From NCBI GenBank assembly GCA_963727145.1, contig CAVSFA010000015.1, positions 82,731-146,730 on the forward strand: a stretch of DNA of 64,000 nt. The letters run 5' to 3'. The notes under the pieces were generated by a model that searched no databases, was not told where the DNA came from, and worked only from the letters and a program-made list of their open reading frames with translations. This stretch comes from an uncultured beta proteobacterium (GTDB lineage: Bacteria > Pseudomonadota > Gammaproteobacteria > Burkholderiales > Casimicrobiaceae). This document shows positions 58,470 through 64,000 of the stretch, one piece after another; the first letter of the stretch is position 1, and each line of letters opens with the position of its first letter. The position numbers and the translations under genes are program-made.

Positions 58470-59648
58470 TCATGCAGCCTTCGTCGCTTGCGACCAAGGT
58501 GGAAACAGCCGCACCATGACCGAGAGCAGCACGAACGGCGCAGCGATCACGCCAGCCGCCGCAAGTAATCCCTCACGACCCAGGAAGGTCGGCGTATACG
58601 TTAGTAGCCCCTTGCCGGTCTTGGAAATCTCCTGACCGCCGATGACGACGTTCCAGCGCATCATCAGCACCGCGAGCAGCACGAGACATGCGCTGACGAA
58701 CACACCCGCTGTCAACGTCTTGCCGCCGATGCCGCGCCAGATCATCAACGTTAGGATCACGAGCGGCAAGGCAGAGCCGATACCGAACTGAAGGATCACG
58801 AATGGCACGATGAGCTGGCCATTGACGAACTCCAGGATCATCTCAGTGCCCTCGCGGCCCCGGTAGACGAGGCTTGCGAACTCCACGCCCTCGAGCAGCA
58901 GCGTGAACATCATGAATCCCCACAGCGTATATGCCATGCCCTTGAGGCAAGGCAGGTCAACCGCCACTTTGCGCAACCGGCACGAGAACACGTAAATGAC
59001 GATCACGAGCGCAGTACCGGAGATGATCGCCGAGAAAAGGAATATCGCGGGCATCAGGTCGGACGACCACCACTCGCGCGACTTGAGCGAGCCGAACACG
59101 AAGCCGACATAACCGTGCAGGCCGTGCGCCGCCGGTATGCCGATGACGGCCAGCGCAAAGATCCATTTGCGATCGTAACTCATCGCCTTTTCCGACAGGT
59201 CGTCGGACCCGAGCGAGAGCACGCGGTAGAACAGACGCAGCATACCCTTGGACCGTTGCGCCTCGCGCACGATGTGCGGCCGGAACACGAACCAGTTCTC
59301 GAGCAGCAATAGCAGCACGTAGAAGCTCGCCGCGTAGCCGAAGATCGCGAACGCAGACGTCGTGTGCGGTGTGATCATCGCATTGAGCGCACGCTCGGGA
59401 TGGCCGAGATGTAGCAGCAACGGCGTAGGCACGACGAGCATGCAGCACAGCGACGTCAGCAGCGCGAGATGCGCGACCGGTCTGAACCGCTGCATGCCGA
59501 ACACCTGATACAGGCTCGAAACCGTAAACGCACCGGCGACGAGTCCGGTGAGGTAAGGATAGACGACGACGAGTACCGTCCAGGGGATGACGGTCTCGTT
59601 GGGGTATACGTAGCCGATGAACGGCGCGATGTTGGGGACGGGTTCCAT
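58470..59648 (-). CDS. NrfD/PsrC-family integral membrane quinone-interacting subunit
   Basis: 392-aa intact, about 10 TM segments. The N-terminal WTVLVVVYPYLTGLVAGAF is typical of the NrfD/PsrC/DsrP family. Its start overlaps the stop of the FeS gene (TGATG). Confidence 0.8.
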   Translation of the reverse strand: MEPVPNIAPFIGYVYPNETVIPWTVLVVVYPYLTGLVAGAFTVSSLYQVFGMQRFRPVAHLALLTSLCCMLVVPTPLLLHLGHPERALNAMITPHTTSAFAIFGYAASFYVLLLLLENWFVFRPHIVREAQRSKGMLRLFYRVLSLGSDDLSEKAMSYDRKWIFALAVIGIPAAHGLHGYVGFVFGSLKSREWWSSDLMPAIFLFSAIISGTALVIVIYVFSCRLRKVAVDLPCLKGMAYTLWGFMMFTLLLEGVEFASLVYRGREGTEMILEFVNGQLIVPFVILQFGIGSALPLVILTLMIWRGIGGKTLTAGVFVSACLVLLAVLMMRWNVVIGGQEISKTGKGLLTYTPTFLGREGLLAAAGVIAAPFVLLSVMVRLFPPWSQATKAA

Positions 59649-60487
59649 CAGACAACGTCCTTGTCGAGGCCGACGTAATAGACGTTCGGGGCATTGCCAG
59701 ATTCCGGCTTGAGCACGCGGGTCCGATTGTTGCGGATAAACTGGCTTACCGAGCTTTGCTTATCGCGCAGATCGCCGAAGATGCGCGCGCCGACCGGGCA
59801 CACGGCAACGCACGCGGGCTGCAGCCCCTTGGTGATGCGGTGATAGCACCACGTGCACTTGTCCGTCACCTGCTTCTCCTCGTTGAAGAAGCGCGCGCCG
59901 TAGGGGCAGGCTTGCACGCAATACTGGCATCCGATGCAGTACTTGTGATCGATGACGACCACGCCATCGTCGGTACGGTAAGTCGCACCGGTGGGGCATA
60001 CCTGCACGCAGGCCGGGTGCGTGCAGTGATTGCAGAGTTTCGGCACGAAAAACGCCTTTTCGACCTTTGCGTCCTTGTAGCGATTGGCGAACCGGTATTC
60101 ATGTTCGGAGCCCGAGGCCTCGATGTTTACCAGGTCGCTGTGGCTGTCGATGCGCGGTCCCTCCTCCCCTTCGAGATAGACGTAACGCTCGACCCAAGTG
60201 CGAAAATGGTGTGCGTCGCCGATGACGTCGTTTTCACGCTTGCAGGCCTCAACGCAGCGCAGACAACCGATGCACTTGGTCGCATCGACGCCGAACGCCC
60301 AGCGGTGTTTGGTCCAGTCGTATCCTGGTATTGGAGGAGGTGAAACCACGGACGGCTCGGCTGCTGACTCGGCTTGCGTGACCGCGACCTTGCCGGCTGC
60401 GGCCACGCCGACACAGGCGGCCACGCCCCCGAGAAGGCGAAGGAATCCGCGCCGCGCATCAGCACTCTTGTCTCTGGGCTCGGTCAT
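59648..60487 (-). CDS. Tat-exported 4x[4Fe-4S] ferredoxin-type subunit (NrfC/PsrB/DsrO-like)
   Basis: Tat motif ARRGFLRLLGG. Four Cys clusters: CIGCLRCVEAC, CNHCTHPACVQVCP, CIGCQYCVQACP, CTWC...CVAVCP. Confidence 0.85.
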   Translation of the reverse strand: MTEPRDKSADARRGFLRLLGGVAACVGVAAAGKVAVTQAESAAEPSVVSPPPIPGYDWTKHRWAFGVDATKCIGCLRCVEACKRENDVIGDAHHFRTWVERYVYLEGEEGPRIDSHSDLVNIEASGSEHEYRFANRYKDAKVEKAFFVPKLCNHCTHPACVQVCPTGATYRTDDGVVVIDHKYCIGCQYCVQACPYGARFFNEEKQVTDKCTWCYHRITKGLQPACVAVCPVGARIFGDLRDKQSSVSQFIRNNRTRVLKPESGNAPNVYYVGLDKDVV

Positions 60488-60530
60488 AGCAAAGCGCTCC
60501 TCAGCGGAATGGTGGCGGTCCGTCTGATGT

Positions 60531-61565
60531 TCACTCGGAACCCGCACTCGAGAAGTAGGTCGCGAGCGCGTCCACATCGCCGTCGCTCAGGCTCTTCGCC
60601 ATCCCGCCCATCACGTCGTTCTTCCGGGCACCGTCGCGATAAGCCTTGAGCGCCGCGACGAGGTAATCCTTCTGCTGTCCGGCAAGGCTCGGCCACACCG
60701 GGTTGCTGCTGATGCCGTTCGCGCCGTGGCAGCCAACGCAGGCTGCAGCCTTCGCCTTGCCGGCGGCGGCGCTAGAACCAATAACAGCCACCCCTGCCGT
60801 CTTCAACTTCAATGCTGCGAAATGCGTGGCGACCTCGCGCATGTCCGCTTCGCTCAGTACCTTCGCAATTGCCGCCATCGTTGCGTTTTCCCTTGCACCT
60901 GACTTGTACGCCTTCAGCGCCTCAACGAGATACGCGTCGTGCTGTCCGGCGAGGTTCGGCCACATCGGATTCGCACTCACGCCGTTACCGCCATGACACC
61001 CGGCGCAAACGCTCGCCTTGCCTGCTGTGCCGGCGCCGTTAGATGCAGCCGGCGCCGCGGGACCGCGAAGGGTCCTTGGCGAGTGCGGGTTGTGGCACAC
61101 CGTGCACTGCTGCGTGCCCGCATGGGTTGCCAGCACGATCTGCTTCTGCTCAGCGGGCCTGCCGGGCATCTTTTCATGGCAGAGCGGGCACAACCTCAGC
61201 GTGTCAGTCGGTACGGCGAGTTTGCCGCCTGCCGGATGATCCACGCCGGTGGACACGTGCTCGAATTTGCCCTTGATGTCGCGTTCGCCGGCCGCTCCGT
61301 GGCAGACCTCGCATTGGACGGCCTTGCCTAGATCGACGCGGTGGTGGACGCCCTCGGACCATTCGGCGTAGCGCTCAGCATGGCAGGTGCGGCAATAGTC
61401 GGAGCCTTTGAACTTCGGCTTGTCCGACGCGATCTCAGCGACCGAATCGCCGCGATAGTGGCCGTAACGGTAAAACGAGTCCGCAGTAAAGAAGAGCTTC
61501 GCCGCGTAGGCCGCTCCACCGAATGCGACCAACAGAACGATGAGTCGAGCGACGTGCTTGGGCAT
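60531..61565 (-). CDS. membrane-anchored hexahaem c-type cytochrome (tetrahaem module plus two c4-like monohaem domains)
   Basis: N-terminal [24 protein letters not shown]. Six CxxCH sites: CRTCH, CEVCH, CPLCH, CTVCH, CAGCH, CVGCH. The last two lie in a duplicated ~95-aa domain ([29 protein letters not shown] / [29 protein letters not shown]). An alternative start is at 61634. Confidence 0.85.
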   Translation of the reverse strand: MPKHVARLIVLLVAFGGAAYAAKLFFTADSFYRYGHYRGDSVAEIASDKPKFKGSDYCRTCHAERYAEWSEGVHHRVDLGKAVQCEVCHGAAGERDIKGKFEHVSTGVDHPAGGKLAVPTDTLRLCPLCHEKMPGRPAEQKQIVLATHAGTQQCTVCHNPHSPRTLRGPAAPAASNGAGTAGKASVCAGCHGGNGVSANPMWPNLAGQHDAYLVEALKAYKSGARENATMAAIAKVLSEADMREVATHFAALKLKTAGVAVIGSSAAAGKAKAAACVGCHGANGISSNPVWPSLAGQQKDYLVAALKAYRDGARKNDVMGGMAKSLSDGDVDALATYFSSAGSE

Positions 61566-61919
61566 GTCGTTGTGGCCCCTGCTTCCAGTCTCGGGACGAG
61601 GGTGTTTAGTGCAGGAGATCGCCTTGCCTGGCAAGTCGGTTCACGCCCTGCAAGTTCCCCAATGCACCAGGTGCGACTATTTGCCGCACTCGCTGCGGGG
61701 CTATTGATGTATGTCAAGAATTGTCGACGACACGCCCGCGAACGCATCGCCCGTTGGCAAGAACGCATCTGCCGTGAGAAGTTGTAACAGCTTGGATTTC
61801 TAGGCGCTCGAATTGCCTGACGAATACCTGACAAACAAGCGCATCTCGCACCTATGCGAGCGCGCGACTCGTTTGCTGTGACCGTAGAACAGCATTGTCG
61901 GGGGCCCAACCACAACTCT

Positions 61920-62692
61920 CTAATCGCGACCGTGAAGACATACGAGTGCACGGCCAGATAGCGCACACGGTGGCCGGTGAGCGCATTTGTTGTTGGGCCG
62001 CAGCGGGGCCAGCAACCGATCGCGCCACTCGGCGATCTTGGCCGGCGTCAAATCGACCAGGCTATAGTCGGCCGAGCTCGGATTTTTAGCAGTCGAGCTG
62101 CGCGCATTCTGAGTGAAACGCACGGCAAAACGGCCACAGGGCTTCCCATCCGATTGGGCCCAGTTCAAAGTCCCTGGCACTTTGAACGAAATCCCTCCGG
62201 TGGCGTACTGAGCCATGGCGAGTGGCATGCTGGGACTGGCGGTGTGCCAGGTCGGCGGCCAGTGATCGGGCCAATGGCCCCACATGTTGAGCTGGCCCAG
62301 CGCGTCGAACAGCCCGAGGTATTGGTGATAGACAGCGCCGGGCGCATCCTTGGCGATCGGGCAACCAAGCGTTACTAACCCGCACACCCCGCGTGCGGTC
62401 GGGGTCAAGCGATCGCAGGGCACTGCCGATCCGGAGAGCGCCCTTGCTGGGGCCGACAAGGAGCTTGAACGGGCTGGGCCGGTCCCGCATCAGCGTATGC
62501 AGCACGTCCGAGGAACCTGAGCCATAGCGAAAGACCGGCGCGCCATGCACTGTCTTGGCGTCGGGCAGGGAAGCCGCCAACTCGCGCCCGATGGTCGCGC
62601 GTCATTGCCGTAGTTGTCCTGCCTCGGTCGCAGGTGACGTTGGACTCGACAACGCCAAAACGGGTTGGTTGTCGGTAGTGCAGCGGCGGCAT
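61920..62692 (-). pseudogene. hypothetical protein, at least two frame breaks
   Basis: ORFs 62405..62755, 62086..62580 and 61920..62459 read consecutively (…VHGAPVFRYGSGSSDVLHTLMRDRPSPFKLLVGPSKGAL… / …GCPIAKDAPGAVYHQYLGLFDALGQLNMWGHWPDHWPPTW…). I recognise no family. Confidence 0.25.
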
Positions 62693-62730
62693 CGAAGAAT
62701 GAATCGCTTCGGTGGCGTCCGCCGTGCGAG

Positions 62731-63159
62731 TCAACCGCCTTTGGAGTGGAACCAATCGCGATACTTCATGTCCTCGCGCGCCAGGTGTTCCATCAGTACA
62801 CGGGACATGTGGAGCCCCTTCGCCAATGAGGCCAGGTTAGTAGGCGTGTCGGCGAAGTTGTCCATCGCGGCGTAGAATTCCGCCGCCAGCCTTTCATGTA
62901 TGACATGGTGCTGCTCGGAATCTGGGTAGCCGCGATCGCGCAGCAGACGTTCCTCGCTGGTAAAGTGCGCGATGGCGGTGTCCAGCAGGCGCTGCATTAA
63001 GCGCAGGATCTCCTCCTGTCCTATCTCCGCTGCCAAGCCTGCGATAACGTCATTCACCCGGCCGATCAACTGCTTGTGTTCGCGGTCGATTTGGGCGTCA
63101 CCGGCGGAAAGACCTTCGCGCCACGCGATCTCTAGATCCGTTTCGTCAGCGGTTGTCAT
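62731..63159 (-). CDS. bacteriohemerythrin-like metal-binding protein
   Basis: IDREHKQLIGRVND, HFTSEERLL, HHVIHERL and HLAREDMKYRDW are spaced hemerythrin His/Glu/Asp ligand motifs. The ATG at 63159 was verified. Confidence 0.8.
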   Translation of the reverse strand: MTTADETDLEIAWREGLSAGDAQIDREHKQLIGRVNDVIAGLAAEIGQEEILRLMQRLLDTAIAHFTSEERLLRDRGYPDSEQHHVIHERLAAEFYAAMDNFADTPTNLASLAKGLHMSRVLMEHLAREDMKYRDWFHSKGG

Positions 63160-63442
63160 TGAACCTTCAGCGCAAGTTATCGCGTCAACCAAGTTGTTGG
63201 CGTTGCTGGGGAACATGCAATGTCATCCTGGACTCACGAACCGCACTGATGAAACGCCGCGCCAACTTCACGCAGCCAGTACCGATGCGGCAGGGTCGGG
63301 TGCATCACGGTCGTGATCGTCAATGCCAGCATCCGCAAATTGCGAGGGGTAACCCAAATCACACTAGGGAAGGCGCCCACGGGCGACGATCTCGATCGCG
63401 CTTAGCGGTAATGCGCGTCCGTCGGCTAGGCCGCGGCAACCG

Positions 63443-63616
63443 CTATTCCGCCCACTGCCCGAAGTGCGTTATCGTGATATCCGAATACGGGTCGAGCTCC
63501 TTTTCTGCGCGGCGCGCAGCGCGGTCTTGATCGCCAGCCATTCGCAGCAGGATCATCACAAACAAGACACCAAGCGCCCAAGCGACTAAGACCAACAGGA
63601 TCCAGCTGCCGTCCAT
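63443..63616 (-). CDS. small single-pass membrane protein (hypothetical)
   Basis: GGGAGGG RBS before the ATG at 63616. MDGSWILLVLVAWALGVLFVMILLRMAG TM helix plus a charged tail, 57 aa. Confidence 0.4.
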   Translation of the reverse strand: MDGSWILLVLVAWALGVLFVMILLRMAGDQDRAARRAEKELDPYSDITITHFGQWAE

Positions 63617-63900
63617 CGCACCCTCCCAATCCGGCGGACCACGAACGGCGCATTCTCGTGACATCAGGAGGGCGCACGATTGTTCCAGATCAATAAAGGA
63701 TGGGTTGTGGCCAATTTGTAAGCTCGATGTCAGGTTAGAGCACCGCCAGCCGCCAGAAAGAAGCGCCCCAGATCCGAAGACCGAGGGCGCGGGCTGCTCC
63801 GGCTTAAGCACTAGGAGGACCGCGTGAAACCGCTCGAACGCGACGAACGGGATCACCAGTAGGTAACTGGACAACGCAACTGCCGAAAGGCGGATTACTA

Positions 63901-64000
63901 GGCTAGTGGACTGTAACGATTGAAGCGGGAGTAATCCGTCGTGTGGGATCGAAGTATTTCCACTTCACGGGTTTGGCCTCTTTGTTGTACTGACGGATGT
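63901..64000 (-). mobile_element. IS630-family transposase, C-terminal end (rest beyond window end)
   Basis: The reverse complement of 63901-63999 reads IRQYNKEAKPVKWKYFDPTRRITPASIVTVH*. The N..AKP.KW.Y.DP.RRI tail resembles IS630-family transposase C-termini as I recall them. Only 32 codons are visible. Confidence 0.5.

Noticed and set aside
61640-61920. Sigma-54 promoter upstream of the cytochrome gene
   Set aside because: I looked for TGGCAC-N5-TTGC on the coding (minus) strand. The nearest candidates (around GCAAGAACGCATCTGCC) have the wrong spacing and lack the GG/GC dinucleotide register.

Overview
This is a high-GC window (about 67-70 % on hand-counted 60-nt lines in the left part) with a gene order typical of Burkholderiales-type beta-proteobacteria. 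I cannot name the organism from sequence alone.

Positions 1-45 kb are conserved housekeeping genes:
- asd-leuB-leuD-(entericidin-like)-leuC, miaA, mutL, a GATase, folE2-dxs-ispA-xseB
- a Rieske oxygenase, a DMT transporter, sseA, thpR, aceA, fccAB
- clpA-clpS, cspA-like, icd, pcnB-folK-dNK-panB-panC, a Bug-family binding protein, a second DMT transporter
- a HlyD/ABC/2xFtsX efflux system, bfd-bfr, a third DMT transporter, a hydrolase, dnaE, an acyl-CoA synthetase, a quinone oxidoreductase

Positions 46-64 kb are visibly lower in GC (about 50-63 % on sampled lines) and look accessory. They hold:
- a tail-anchored protein of unknown family and a sulfotransferase remnant
- a rhomboid protease and SDRs
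- an orphan tail-fibre-like gene with a peptidase-S74 chaperone domain
- a tRNA 3'-half remnant (likely att site) and a HigBA-type toxin-antitoxin pair
- a secreted beta-propeller, a seven-gene sulfur-trafficking/quinone-module cluster, a hemerythrin, and the 3' end of an IS630-type transposase at the window edge

Two points dominate.
1. Dozens of reading-frame breaks interrupt housekeeping genes, including essential ones (dnaE, clpA, pcnB, folK, panBC, fccAB). All five junctions I resolved by hand are single-base length changes in mononucleotide runs. This points to homopolymer sequencing error, not real pseudogenisation. Disrupted genes are reported with full spans as 'pseudogene' on that understanding.
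2. The most interesting biology is the 55.7-61.6 kb cluster: hexahaem cytochrome c, NrfC-like FeS protein, NrfD-like membrane protein, DsrE3-like protein, TusA, an SQR-like flavoprotein and a triplicated DUF1641 protein. It appears to be carried on a tRNA-associated island.

I found no CRISPR array, no rRNA and no intact tRNA.
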